Source: Escherichia phage KIT01 | Sequence record: AP019521.1 | DNA: 64,000 bases | Reading direction: 5' to 3' (one strand) | In this document: positions 1 through 9,224 of the stretch, one piece after another | Layout of the letters: each line of letters opens with the position of its first letter | How positions within the stretch are numbered: the first letter of the stretch is position 1 | The notes under the pieces: generated by a model | What the model was told of the DNA's origin: nothing | The model's database searches: none | What the model saw: the letters and a program-made list of their open reading frames with translations, nothing else | Translations under genes and position numbers: made by a program

Positions 1-1496
1 AAAAACTAATAACCTTTGACGAATTACTTACAGGTATTAAAGGCGACGCTGGGGAAAATGGTGATATCGGTCCTCAAGGTCCTATTGGTTTACCTGGCCC
101 GCAAGGTATCCAAGGTGAAGTTGGGCCTAAAGGTCCTAAAGGCGATATCGGTCTTCAGGGTATAGCAGGGCCTGCTGGTCCTCAAGGTCCACAAGGTGAA
201 CGAGGAATACAGGGCTTAACAGGACCACAAGGCCAAATAGGTATTGCAGGGCCACAAGGCGTCAAAGGTGATACCGGTCCTCAAGGTCCTGTCGGCCCAC
301 AAGGTCCAGCAGGTGTACAAGGCGTACAAGGCGTCAAAGGTGATACAGGTCCAGCAGGCCCTGCAGGTTTAACTTGGAAAGGAACTTGGGACTCAGCTAC
401 GGAGTATTCAATAAATGAAGCCGTAGGATATGGAGGTTCTTTGTATTTTGCTACAGAAACCGTGCCTGTCGGCGAAATCCCATCTTTAGCCTCCGACTAT
501 TGGGAAGTTTTGGCTACCGAAGGTCCAGAAGGTCCTCAAGGACCACAAGGCATTCAGGGACCTATGGGTCCTCAGGGTATTCAAGGTCCTTTGGGTCCTG
601 TAGGCCCGCAAGGTATCCAAGGACCAAGAGGCTTACAAGGACCTGAAGGCGAAATAGGACCTCGTGGTTTGCAGGGGTTAAAAGGTGAAACAGGTGCTCA
701 AGGACCGCAGGGCATTCAAGGGCTTAAAGGCGAGCCAGGGGCCCAGGGACCTGATGGTATTGGTTTAACTGGGCCTCAAGGACCAATTGGCCTTACAGGT
801 CCAGCGGGCCCTCAGGGTATAAGAGGAGCCATAGGACCTAAAGGTGATACAGGTTTAACTGGTGCCCAAGGCGAGCAAGGTGCCCCAGGTGTTAAAGGTG
901 ATACCGGTCCTCAAGGATTACAAGGGGTTAAGGGAGATAAAGGGGATAAAGGAGATACTGGTGCCCAAGGATTACAAGGGGTTAAAGGAGATAAAGGAGA
1001 CAAAGGAGATACCGCGCCTCATAATAAAGTATACTATTTAGGACAAACCCCATGGTTCCACAACTCGTATGCTAAACATCAACTTCCAGGAACCAATGAT
1101 TGGCGGATTACTGTAACAGGTACAACCAACTTTGAATCCTATTCATCAGGTAACGTTAGAATAGGATTTTTTAATAATACTTCTGCATCCAGATCATGCA
1201 CGTTTACATTGATTTCTTATGATGCTAACGGCTCACAGAAAAATACAAAATACAATACTGTGCATAATGTTATGGTTCAAAGTTCTTATTATAAATTCTG
1301 GGGTGATAATGCCGATTCATTTATTATAGGCGGCACTTCTAATATATGTGAAGGGTTTTTTACTGATAATGCCACCAATAAAACCTATCATATAAAATTT
1401 ATAGGATTGGTCAAAGCCACAGCTACGGTACCAGGCAAATATGTTCTTGAAGTTGAAGAGATTATTTCTGGTGGCGAACCTGTAAAATATTATTAA
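1..1496 (+). CDS. Collagen-like (Gly-X-Y repeat) protein with non-collagenous C-terminal domain; 5' end lies outside window
   Basis: Frame is open from base 3 to stop at 1494-1496. Two blocks of Gly-X-Y triplets (about 42-370 and 520-1010) flank a short non-collagen linker; a C-terminal non-repetitive domain of about 160 aa follows. The ORF-track start at 441 is a TTG inside the open frame. Confidence 0.8.
   Translation, partial: KLITFDELLTGIKGDAGENGDIGPQGPIGLPGPQGIQGEVGPKGPKGDIGLQGIAGPAGPQGPQGERGIQGLTGPQGQIGIAGPQGVKGDTGPQGPVGPQGPAGVQGVQGVKGDTGPAGPAGLTWKGTWDSATEYSINEAVGYGGSLYFATETVPVGEIPSLASDYWEVLATEGPEGPQGPQGIQGPMGPQGIQGPLGPVGPQGIQGPRGLQGPEGEIGPRGLQGLKGETGAQGPQGIQGLKGEPGAQGPDGIGLTGPQGPIGLTGPAGPQGIRGAIGPKGDTGLTGAQGEQGAPGVKGDTGPQGLQGVKGDKGDKGDTGAQGLQGVKGDKGDKGDTAPHNKVYYLGQTPWFHNSYAKHQLPGTNDWRITVTGTTNFESYSSGNVRIGFFNNTSASRSCTFTLISYDANGSQKNTKYNTVHNVMVQSSYYKFWGDNADSFIIGGTSNICEGFFTDNATNKTYHIKFIGLVKATATVPGKYVLEVEEIISGGEPVKYY
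912..1012 (+). repeat. Near-identical in-frame tandem duplication (two 47-nt copies, 54-nt period) inside the collagen-like gene
   Basis: Copies at 912-958 and 966-1012 encode the duplicated peptide [16 protein letters not shown]. Confidence 0.7.
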
Positions 1497-1506
1497 TGGA
1501 GGTTGA

Positions 1507-2370
1507 ATGGAACCGGTACAAGCTATATTAGAGCCTGGCGTAATAGATGTAGAATATGGTAATACTTATTCAGCAACAGTAACTCTAACTCCTATAGAAA
1601 ATATCCCAGATGGTTCCGTGATAAGATATGATTGGGTTGTTAATAACAAGTTTGTTGGTACGGGTGAAGCTACTCGTACCACCCAACCATCTCAGACCGG
1701 AAATTATGTGTTATCATGTAGAGTATTCATTACCCCGCCTAATGAAAATACTGTAATGATAACAACTAATAAATCATATGGGTATGTATATAAAAATTCT
1801 GATACAAGTCCAGTAGATGCAGAAATATTATACGATAATAAAATATACCAAATAGGGAGCAAAGTTAGATTATTAGCTACGGCTAATAACCCCGATACTA
1901 ACTATGTTAAAGGTATTATATGGAAGGATGCTGACGGGAATATAATAGGTATAGGGCGGGAATATATCCATACAATGCAATCTGAATATGATATAGTTCG
2001 TGCTAAAGTCACAATGGATTCGCCTACTAGAGATGAATTCAGTAAGAACTTTACCATACATTTATATGCTATAAATGTTCAAGAAGGAACTTGTATAAGA
2101 TACATTCATCCTTTAGACCATCGGGATGCTGGATTTATCTGGTGCGGATGGTGGGTTATGGATGAAGTTCAACGAGCAGTAAAACTTGGATTGGATTGGA
2201 AAAATCCTGAAGGAACTGAGTTAAATTATAAATGTGATTTAGAAACACTGTCATTATTGCTCAAAACATATCCTGAAGCTGAAGTTCAGGAATCAAGGCA
2301 CGGGCATATAATAACCAGACCGCAAATTGAGTCCGGTGAAATATATGAAAAGCCATATGAAGTAAAATAA
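1507..2370 (+). CDS. Hoc-like protein: Ig-like N-terminal region plus Hoc-type capsid-binding C-terminal domain
   Basis: 287 aa; RBS GGAGG 8 nt upstream. C-terminus HPLDHRDAGFIWCGWWVMDEVQ...DWK...YPEAEVQESRHGHII matches the Hoc C-terminal motif of the adjacent hoc gene. Confidence 0.75.
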   Translation: MEPVQAILEPGVIDVEYGNTYSATVTLTPIENIPDGSVIRYDWVVNNKFVGTGEATRTTQPSQTGNYVLSCRVFITPPNENTVMITTNKSYGYVYKNSDTSPVDAEILYDNKIYQIGSKVRLLATANNPDTNYVKGIIWKDADGNIIGIGREYIHTMQSEYDIVRAKVTMDSPTRDEFSKNFTIHLYAINVQEGTCIRYIHPLDHRDAGFIWCGWWVMDEVQRAVKLGLDWKNPEGTELNYKCDLETLSLLLKTYPEAEVQESRHGHIITRPQIESGEIYEKPYEVK

Positions 2371-2374
2371 AAAA

Positions 2375-2394
2375 GGGACCTTACGGTCCCTTTT
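2375..2394. terminator. Bidirectional rho-independent terminator between convergent Hoc-like and hoc genes
   Basis: Hairpin GGGACC-TTAC-GGTCCC flanked by an A-run upstream and T-run downstream. Confidence 0.65.
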
Positions 2395-2396
2395 AT

Positions 2397-3527
2397 TTAT
2401 GGATAGAAATAAATTATTCCTGCCTCCAATGAGGTTTTGTGTACGATATATCCATTACGAGATTCTTGTACATCAACCTCTGGATAGTCGGTAATCATTT
2501 TTTGAAGTGTATATCGGTGCAAATAATACGGGCTATCCGGGTCATCGGTTTTCCAGTCTTTGCCTTCAAGAGTCATTTTCTGGATTTCATCCATAACCCA
2601 CCATCCACACCAGATATAAGCTGAATTGCGAACTGGCAATGGATGTACATAAGGTAATTCACCATCTGGAACTGGTGCGACTTTAGCCGTGACTGTCACA
2701 TTACCGGTTTTGGTAACGGTCGCAGGGTTATAATCAGTCGCCGAAACCACAACAGAAACTTCAATAACCTGTGAACCTTCAGTGTTTGTATCGATTGCTA
2801 GAGTATCTGTGGTACCAGCAATACCAATGCCATCTTTCTTCCAAGAATAAGCAAAAGTGGCACCACTAGGCGCACCTGCTACGGTAGCTTTAAAAGAAGC
2901 CGGAGTTCCTTCAGGTACATTAATAGAGGCTGGCGTTAAATTAACAGAAACCCCAGACATTGTTTTCTTAACAAAAGAAACCGTTATGCCTTTAGCAGCA
3001 GTTGCTGAACCGTATTCCGGAGAGGTAACAGTAACTTCACAATTCAAGGTATAATTTGCTTCGGCTGCTTCAGTTAGTGTAATAGTTTTAGAGGTTTGGC
3101 CTGAAATTACGGTGGTATTTCGTTTCCAAACATAATTAATTGTTGCATCAGCAGGAGCACCGGTTACATTAGCCGTAACAACTTGGGATTGGCCGACTTC
3201 TTTAGAAACGGAAGTAGGGTCCAAAGCCAAAGAGATATCCATAGTTTTATTAGATACGGTAACTTCAAAGGTGTCTTCGGCTGTCTCAAGAGGGCCCGCA
3301 TCGCCAGGGTCAGAAGTTACTACTACTTTTATAACTTTCTTACCCGCAGGAGCAGCACCCGTATATCTCAAAACATTAGTGGTTTCTGGGTTAGCAGCTC
3401 CATCAACGGTCCATACATATGCAATGGTTCCCCCTGTTACAACTGGGTCGGTTGCGGTAGCAGTGTAATTAGCGCTTTCGCCTATTTTCATAGACGCTGC
3501 GCCGGCTATACTTACAGTAAAGGCCAT
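2397..3527 (-). CDS. hoc: Hoc, highly immunogenic outer capsid decoration protein
   Basis: 376 aa; near-collinear match to remembered T4 Hoc including C-terminal YVHPLP...AYIWCGWWVMDEIQKMT...YPEVDVQESRNGYI. Confidence 0.93.
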   Translation of the reverse strand: MAFTVSIAGAASMKIGESANYTATATDPVVTGGTIAYVWTVDGAANPETTNVLRYTGAAPAGKKVIKVVVTSDPGDAGPLETAEDTFEVTVSNKTMDISLALDPTSVSKEVGQSQVVTANVTGAPADATINYVWKRNTTVISGQTSKTITLTEAAEANYTLNCEVTVTSPEYGSATAAKGITVSFVKKTMSGVSVNLTPASINVPEGTPASFKATVAGAPSGATFAYSWKKDGIGIAGTTDTLAIDTNTEGSQVIEVSVVVSATDYNPATVTKTGNVTVTAKVAPVPDGELPYVHPLPVRNSAYIWCGWWVMDEIQKMTLEGKDWKTDDPDSPYYLHRYTLQKMITDYPEVDVQESRNGYIVHKTSLEAGIIYFYP

Positions 3528-3536
3528 AGTTTACCC

Positions 3537-4214
3537 TTATTTTAAAGTGACAAAAGATGAATTACGCGTTTCACGTACTAATACTGAGCCATTACGATTG
3601 ATGTAATAAATCAGACTGAATAATGTTTGGTGGGCTGAAGGATGTTGGAAATCTTTAGGACGTTCTTTCCAATCAGGGGTTTCAGAAATCCATTGATAAA
3701 TCCACCAAGGAACAGTACAGTAACCTGGGTTTTTACCAATAAGCAAAAGATTGGGACTAAAGTTTTCAGGGAGTTCAAATTTAGGTTTTTCTGATTCTTT
3801 AACCAAGGTTATAGCTTGATTGAATTTCTCTTCGACAAACGGGACATCCTCTTCAATAATCTCTACCTTAGGAAGTTCGGCTACCTCAACGACTTCAACA
3901 ACTGCCTCAGGAGCATCGAACAACAGGGTGGCTTCTTCTTTAGCCGGTTCAGCACCATCAACAAATTCGTTAGCACCATTGAGTTCGTCGGCAGCATCAA
4001 TCAAATCAGAAATAGACAAACCTTCGGTTTCCGGAAGTGGTTCGTCAGCCAAGGCTTTAAGACCTTCAGTGATATTGATAATCAAATTATCAACCGAACG
4101 GGTTTTCTTAAGTTTTAAACCGAACTGTTCACCGTATTCGATTAACTTAGCTTTAGCTTCTTTTTTATCTTCGAGTGCACGAAGCTCTTCAATATATTGA
4201 TGGTCCATAATCAT
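3537..4214 (-). CDS. inh: Inh-like protein (inhibitor of prohead protease), acidic
   Basis: 225 aa; position directly upstream of hoc on the same strand as in T4, and similar size; identity inferred from synteny. Confidence 0.55.
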   Translation of the reverse strand: MIMDHQYIEELRALEDKKEAKAKLIEYGEQFGLKLKKTRSVDNLIINITEGLKALADEPLPETEGLSISDLIDAADELNGANEFVDGAEPAKEEATLLFDAPEAVVEVVEVAELPKVEIIEEDVPFVEEKFNQAITLVKESEKPKFELPENFSPNLLLIGKNPGYCTVPWWIYQWISETPDWKERPKDFQHPSAHQTLFSLIYYINRNGSVLVRETRNSSFVTLK

Positions 4215-4228
4215 TCTCTTTTCTAGTG

Positions 4229-4236
4229 TATAAATA
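4229..4236 (+). promoter_or_regulatory. T4-type late promoter (TATAAATA) for uvsW
   Basis: Exact TATAAATA 29 nt upstream of the uvsW ATG. Confidence 0.6.
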
Positions 4237-4242
4237 TAACTA

Positions 4243-4250
4243 TATTTATA
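4243..4250 (-). promoter_or_regulatory. T4-type late promoter (TATAAATA on minus strand) for inh-hoc
   Basis: Reverse complement of 4243-4250 is TATAAATA, 29 nt upstream of the inh start; divergent with the uvsW promoter. Confidence 0.55.
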
Positions 4251-4264
4251 ACTGAGAATTACTT

Positions 4265-5761
4265 ATGCAAATTCAAGTACATTTTGATAATTTTAGTCAT
4301 GTTCGTGTTGAATGCGATGAATCTACATTCTACGAACTCAGAGACTATTTTAGCTTTGAAGCTGATGGATATAAATTCAACCCTAAATTTCGTTATGGGC
4401 AATGGGATGGACGTATTCGTCTTCTAGATTATAACCGTAAACTGCCTTATGGACTCGTCCCTCAAATTAAAAAGTTCGCTGAACAATTTGAATACTCTCT
4501 GTGGATTGACCCACGTATTCTTGAACAGGAAGATATTTCTCGTGAAGATTTTGACTCATGGGTGGCTTCTCAAGAAATTTATTCAGGGTCTACCAAGATT
4601 GAGCCGCATTGGTATCAGAATGAAGCCGTATACAACGGCCTGACAAAACGTCGCGCAATTCTGAATTTACCTACATCCGCAGGTAAATCATTAATCCAGG
4701 CACTCCTGAGTCGATATTACGTTGAGAACTATGAAGGTAAAATCCTCATCTTAGTTCCTACTACTGCACTTGTCGACCAGATGATTAATGACTTCATCGA
4801 TTATCGTTTGTTCCCTAAAGCCGCAATGCTTGGTATTCGTTCAGGTACCGCTCGTGATTCTGATGCAATGATTTACGTTTCGACTTATCAAACTGCTATT
4901 AAGCAACCTAAAGAATGGTTTGCTCAGTTTGGTATGTTTATGAACGACGAATGCCACTTGGCTACAGGTAAATCTATTTCTACCATCATCGAAGGCCTAA
5001 CCAACTGTATGTTTAAATTCGGTTTGTCTGGTTCTTTAAAAGATGGTAAAGCTAATTTAATGCAATATATGGGTTTGTTTGGTGATGTGTTTAAGCCAGT
5101 ATCCACCTCCCAGTTAATGGAAGAAGGACAGGTTACAGACCTTAAAATCAACAGTATTTTCCTTCGATACCCGGACGAATTCACCGTTAAAATGAAAGGT
5201 AAAGATTACCAATCAGAAATTAAAGTCATTACTAAGGCTACTCGTCGTAATAAATGGGTTGCTAATTTAGCTGTTAAACTCGCTAAGAAAGAAGAGAACG
5301 TATTCCTGATGTTTAAAAACATTGAACACGGTAAAACTCTTTTTGAAATGGTTAAAGAGCAACATAAAGAAGTTTATTACGTATCAGGTGAAGTTAATAC
5401 CGAAACGCGTAATGCTCTGAAAGTAATGGCGGAAAATGGTAAGGGTATTATTGTTGTGGCAAGTTATGGTGTGTTCTCTACTGGTATTTCCGTTAAGAAC
5501 CTTCACCACGTTGTATTTGCCCATCCAGTAAAATCTAAAATCATTGTACTCCAGACAATTGGTCGTGTACTCCGTAAACATGCCTCTAAATCAACAGCAC
5601 AGGTGTGGGATATCATCGACGACATGGGTGTTAAGCCTAAATCAGCTACGGCTAAAAAGAAATATGTTCATTTGAACTACGCCCTCAAACACGCTTTAGA
5701 ACGTATTCAACGTTATGCTGATGAGAAATTTAATTACGTAATGAAACAGGTGGATTTATGA
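4265..5761 (+). CDS. uvsW: UvsW DNA/RNA helicase
   Basis: 498 aa; strong match to T4 UvsW (HVRVECDESTFYELRDYFSFEADGY..., Walker A LNLPTSAGKS, DECH box). Confidence 0.95.
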   Translation: MQIQVHFDNFSHVRVECDESTFYELRDYFSFEADGYKFNPKFRYGQWDGRIRLLDYNRKLPYGLVPQIKKFAEQFEYSLWIDPRILEQEDISREDFDSWVASQEIYSGSTKIEPHWYQNEAVYNGLTKRRAILNLPTSAGKSLIQALLSRYYVENYEGKILILVPTTALVDQMINDFIDYRLFPKAAMLGIRSGTARDSDAMIYVSTYQTAIKQPKEWFAQFGMFMNDECHLATGKSISTIIEGLTNCMFKFGLSGSLKDGKANLMQYMGLFGDVFKPVSTSQLMEEGQVTDLKINSIFLRYPDEFTVKMKGKDYQSEIKVITKATRRNKWVANLAVKLAKKEENVFLMFKNIEHGKTLFEMVKEQHKEVYYVSGEVNTETRNALKVMAENGKGIIVVASYGVFSTGISVKNLHHVVFAHPVKSKIIVLQTIGRVLRKHASKSTAQVWDIIDDMGVKPKSATAKKKYVHLNYALKHALERIQRYADEKFNYVMKQVDL

Positions 5762-5985
5762 AAACCTTTAAAGAAGTTATTCAGGAAGCATCTATTGAAA
5801 GCTTCATGGCTAAAATTGGTTCTTGTCAGACTATGGATGGTCTGAAGGAATTGGAAAAGTATTACAAAACTCGTAGTAAGGAAGCCGAACTTCGTGATTC
5901 GGACGATATTAGCGTGCGTGATGCATTGGCTGGTAAGAGAGCTGAATTGGAGTCGATGGACGACGAGGAAGAGGAAGATTTCTAA
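5758..5985 (+). CDS. uvsW.1: UvsW.1 small acidic protein
   Basis: 75 aa ORF overlapping the uvsW stop (ATGA), as in T4. Confidence 0.8.
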   Translation: MKTFKEVIQEASIESFMAKIGSCQTMDGLKELEKYYKTRSKEAELRDSDDISVRDALAGKRAELESMDDEEEEDF

Positions 5986-6015
5986 ACAAAAAAGGCCCAA
6001 CCTTTCGGAAGGGCC
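5984..6015 (-). terminator. Rho-independent terminator for the minus-strand uvsY operon
   Basis: Hairpin GGCCC...GGGCC (5994-6015); the T-run follows on the minus strand only. Confidence 0.55.
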
Positions 6016-6044
6016 AATAACCATAAATGGCTATACACACTAGA

Positions 6045-6212
6045 CTAAAGTAGTAATTGGGTTTCGTTCAGCTGTTCTTCAGTGTTTTCCGTAACTGGCA
6101 AGCTTTGAACGTAATTATAGCATGAGCCCGGATGAACCGGACCTTTTTCTGTTTCAACAACCAATGCAGCATCGATTGGAGTTTTACAGACAACGCAAAT
6201 CTTATCTGACAT
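6045..6212 (-). CDS. uvsY.-2: UvsY.-2-like small Cys-containing protein
   Basis: 55-aa ORF (MSDKICVVCKTPIDAAL...) not in ORF track; RBS AGGAGA 7 nt upstream; position matches T4. Confidence 0.6.
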   Translation of the reverse strand: MSDKICVVCKTPIDAALVVETEKGPVHPGSCYNYVQSLPVTENTEEQLNETQLLL

Positions 6213-6240
6213 GATTGTCTCCTTAGTTTAACTTACATAC

Positions 6241-6339
6241 CTATTTATTACTTGCTAAAGCAGCATTAATGAATTCTTGGAGAAGTTTCATCTTATCGGC
6301 ATCTACTTTAATGGGTTTGGTATTTTTAGTACGTCTCAT
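6241..6339 (-). CDS. uvsY.-1: UvsY.-1-like small protein
   Basis: 32-aa ORF (MRRTKNTKPIKVDADKMKLLQEF...) with start overlapping the uvsY stop (ATGA). Confidence 0.45.
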   Translation of the reverse strand: MRRTKNTKPIKVDADKMKLLQEFINAALASNK

Positions 6340-6767
6340 TTTTCACCTGCTTCAAATTTCCTGAGCTCCAACATATTCTTTAACGAGAACCCTCTAGCTT
6401 TGACTGCATCAAGTGCTGAACTACAAAAGTCCTGTAATAAAGCCCAATACTGAATTGATGTATCGATTTTAATTACACTAGAATCCGCAGCCATAACGGT
6501 CTTTAATTCAGACTTCTCATATTGGTCCATACAAACCTCATCACCAGGCTCTCCACGTCCCGTGTAGAAATCTAATCGCTTCTTAAGTGAGGTCTTTTTC
6601 TGGATTTCTAATCTCATTATTTCTTTCTTGCAATTCGTATACAGCCTTAGCCATTTGCTGTGCAGCAAAACGTTGTTCTGTACTTCATATTGTAAACGAG
6701 TTCCATCAATCTTTAAATCCTCGTCTAATGCATCTTGAAACGACTCCAACTTGTACTCAATTTCCAT
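6336..6767 (-). CDS. uvsY: UvsY recombination mediator
   Basis: 143 aa; matches T4 UvsY (LQYE..NNV.L.SKWL..., YEKSE.KTV..AD..V.K.DTS.QYW). Confidence 0.9.
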   Translation of the reverse strand: MEIEYKLESFQDALDEDLKIDGTRLQYEVQNNVLLHSKWLRLYTNCKKEIMRLEIQKKTSLKKRLDFYTGRGEPGDEVCMDQYEKSELKTVMAADSSVIKIDTSIQYWALLQDFCSSALDAVKARGFSLKNMLELRKFEAGEK

Positions 6768-7383
6768 TGTATTTCCTCATAAAAGTAATAACCATACCAT
6801 CATACCACACTTCCGGATATTTGTGTTCTATTGCTATAGTTCTAAACCTTCTAGCTTTAGGCATTCCAGATTCTACCCATAATGAATACAGTTCATCCTC
6901 TTTATCCCAAGGTATATTTTTACTTCGTCTGTTTGGCCTTGGTACATCTTTAGCCCAATGGACCTGATGCTTGAATTTTTCCTTCATTGTTTTAGATTGC
7001 CGTTCTCTACCTATCTTAGTAGAAGGATTTTTCTTTCCTAACATAGGATGAACTTCCATTAATTGCCCGCCGACACCGCCTTTAGCTATATTAACACAAT
7101 TACTAAATTTAATTTTGGCTTCGCCAACTAAGAGTTCTTCAAACTCAGCATTCAATTCTAGGGTAGGTTGAACGGACAGAATATGTTTTACAAATCTAGT
7201 ATTTGGGTTTTTCTTGGCAGATTTTATAAAAATACCAGACCCTAAATAACTATTATTTAGAGAAGTGCTGGTGTGCTTACCAAAATAGACCCAGTAATTA
7301 TTATCTGTAAATATTTCTGTCATATAACAATAATGTATTTTATCTCTCATCGCATGTTTCCTGTGTAATAACCATAGGACCAT
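6757..7383 (-). CDS. GIY-YIG-like putative homing endonuclease (Seg-like), basic C-terminus
   Basis: N-terminal IHY...(14 aa)...VYFG resembles a GIY-YIG motif; Lys/Arg-rich C-terminal half; sits between uvsY and gene 25, which are adjacent in T4. Likely true start is the internal ATG at about 7350 (MRDKIHY...). Confidence 0.5.
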   Translation of the reverse strand: MVLWLLHRKHAMRDKIHYCYMTEIFTDNNYWVYFGKHTSTSLNNSYLGSGIFIKSAKKNPNTRFVKHILSVQPTLELNAEFEELLVGEAKIKFSNCVNIAKGGVGGQLMEVHPMLGKKNPSTKIGRERQSKTMKEKFKHQVHWAKDVPRPNRRSKNIPWDKEDELYSLWVESGMPKARRFRTIAIEHKYPEVWYDGMVITFMRKYNGN

Positions 7384-7408
7384 TATACACTATTCATTTG
7401 AACAGCAA

Positions 7409-7798
7409 TTAACCACTCTGTGAGAGCTGGATTCTAATTTGCTCTAATGTATCAGGGTCATCAACTATACTAAACTGAACCGTTACTATAATCGAGTTAT
7501 CATCGTACACGGGTGTCACACCTACAGCTAGAGCAGAAATTCTAGGTTCGAAGTTCCGCACGGCGGAAACTATATTACGCTTAATGGTATCCGTGATTAA
7601 TGGGGTGATATTCTCAAACAATTGGTTACTGATGTCACAACCAAATTCCGGCATAAAAGGGCGTGAACCTTTGCGAGTAGTAATAATGCCTAACAAACTA
7701 TTTTTTACTGCACGAGCACCTGTAGCTTTAGCGACGTCTCTATTCCAAGACGTCCTCATTTCAGGGTCTAAATCTGAATACATTTTATTGATATTCAT
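7409..7798 (-). CDS. 25: gp25 baseplate wedge protein
   Basis: 129 aa; matches T4 gp25 (NINK.YSD.DPEM...NSLLGIITTRKGSRPF.PEFGCD). Confidence 0.95.
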   Translation of the reverse strand: MNINKMYSDLDPEMRTSWNRDVAKATGARAVKNSLLGIITTRKGSRPFMPEFGCDISNQLFENITPLITDTIKRNIVSAVRNFEPRISALAVGVTPVYDDNSIIVTVQFSIVDDPDTLEQIRIQLSQSG

Positions 7799-8421
7799 TA
7801 CATCACCTTAAAGAACTCTTTAAGTCCCTCAATAACGTGGACGGTATGTTCACCACATTCACAAGAAATAGGTATGGCCAAAATAGGCTTAGGGGTAACT
7901 AGTGCATCATAAACTTCTTTTATATCTTTTTCTGTTATCACAGAATAAAGGTCATCAAGTTCCGCATCGCTTAAATCGGAAAGAAGAAGCTTTTCGCCTG
8001 CAGAAGTTAAAATATAATCGATACACCCTGCGACCATCATAGCTCTATTTTTATCTTCAAAGAGTTTAGGGTATCTGAAAACAATTTTAAAGTTGCCAAA
8101 GTCTTTAATAACATCCGGCTCTTTGCCCAATGTTGCGCGAGTTAGTGTCATAGGGACAACCTGTGAGCGACCACAACTACAACTCCACTCACGTTCTATA
8201 TTCACTTCAGCTAATGAATGGGCCCACAGGTTTATCACCAGGAGCTCAGATTCTTGCTTGTTTAAATCACGAGCATCTGTACAATTCGAAATGAGTTCAT
8301 TGATAAAGGACTCTATTCTGCCTTCTAATTTAGCTTGGAGCAAGTCCTTATACTCTCTGAGGGTAAATGCTCTGCATTTTATGGTTTTGTTTTTAATTTT
8401 TACGTCAAAAGTATAATTCAT
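7798..8421 (-). CDS. 26: gp26 baseplate hub protein
   Basis: 207 aa; synteny and size as T4 gp26; overlaps gene 25 start. Confidence 0.85.
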   Translation of the reverse strand: MNYTFDVKIKNKTIKCRAFTLREYKDLLQAKLEGRIESFINELISNCTDARDLNKQESELLVINLWAHSLAEVNIEREWSCSCGRSQVVPMTLTRATLGKEPDVIKDFGNFKIVFRYPKLFEDKNRAMMVAGCIDYILTSAGEKLLLSDLSDAELDDLYSVITEKDIKEVYDALVTPKPILAIPISCECGEHTVHVIEGLKEFFKVM

Positions 8422-8439
8422 TGTCTTCTCCTTTAAGCT

Positions 8440-8447
8440 TATTTATA
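8440..8447 (-). promoter_or_regulatory. Late promoter (TATAAATA, minus strand) for genes 26-25
   Basis: Part of the palindromic TATTTATAAATA between divergent genes 26 and 51. Confidence 0.6.
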
Positions 8448-8451
8448 AATA
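8444..8451 (+). promoter_or_regulatory. Late promoter (TATAAATA) for gene 51 operon
   Basis: Exact TATAAATA 20 nt upstream of the ATG at 8472. Confidence 0.6.
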
Positions 8452-8471
8452 CATCAATAAGAGGACACCCT

Positions 8472-9224
8472 ATGGCTAATATAGTACGTTGTGAAATGCC
8501 TGATGGAATCCACCGATTTAAACCTTTTACAGTAGCTGATTATCGTGATTTTATTTTGATTCGAAATGACATGAATAATAAATCGCCTGAAGAGCAAAAA
8601 CAAATTTTAGATGAGTTACTGGAAGAATACTTCGGTGAATATCCTATGTCATGGCGCCCGTATATGTTCATTGAACTTTACACGTCATCACTCGGCAAGA
8701 CCAAAATTCCTATCCGATACACTTGTAGTAAGTGTGAAAAGGATAGACAAGTTTTATTCAATTTGAAACAGACCAAGTTAGATAATCCCACAATTGAAGT
8801 GGCCGGCTTGAAGCTAACATTCAAATTTCCGGAAATAGAATATCAAGACAAATCCGAATTGATTCTGAACACCCTCCAAACCGTGGAAGATGAAAACGGA
8901 AAATATAATTGGTCGGACCTTTCTGAAGAGGACCAATTAGCCGTAATAGATGCTATAGACTTATCCACTTTAGAGGATATAGTCAAACAAACTAGCCCTA
9001 TTAATTTTGAACTAAAATATGGATGCTGTAATCGTAGAACAATTACGTATACCGATATTTTAGAGGTGTTTAAGCTTATAGTCAACCCGGATGAGATATT
9101 TTTATTTTACCAAATAAACCATTTATTGGTAAAGAACAATTATTCATTAGAAAGCATTATGCAGATGATTCCAATCGAACGCGGTATTGCTTTGTCTTTG
9201 GTTGAAAAGGACCTTAAGAAATGA
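8472..9224 (+). CDS. 51: gp51 baseplate hub assembly protein
   Basis: Start ATG at 8472 ([12 protein letters not shown]...) downstream of the late promoter; synteny with T4 gene 51. Confidence 0.85.
   Translation: MANIVRCEMPDGIHRFKPFTVADYRDFILIRNDMNNKSPEEQKQILDELLEEYFGEYPMSWRPYMFIELYTSSLGKTKIPIRYTCSKCEKDRQVLFNLKQTKLDNPTIEVAGLKLTFKFPEIEYQDKSELILNTLQTVEDENGKYNWSDLSEEDQLAVIDAIDLSTLEDIVKQTSPINFELKYGCCNRRTITYTDILEVFKLIVNPDEIFLFYQINHLLVKNNYSLESIMQMIPIERGIALSLVEKDLKK

Noticed and set aside
2857-3545. Plus-strand ORFs (65-120 aa) inside hoc
   Set aside because: Shadow ORFs on the opposite strand of a gene with strong Hoc homology.
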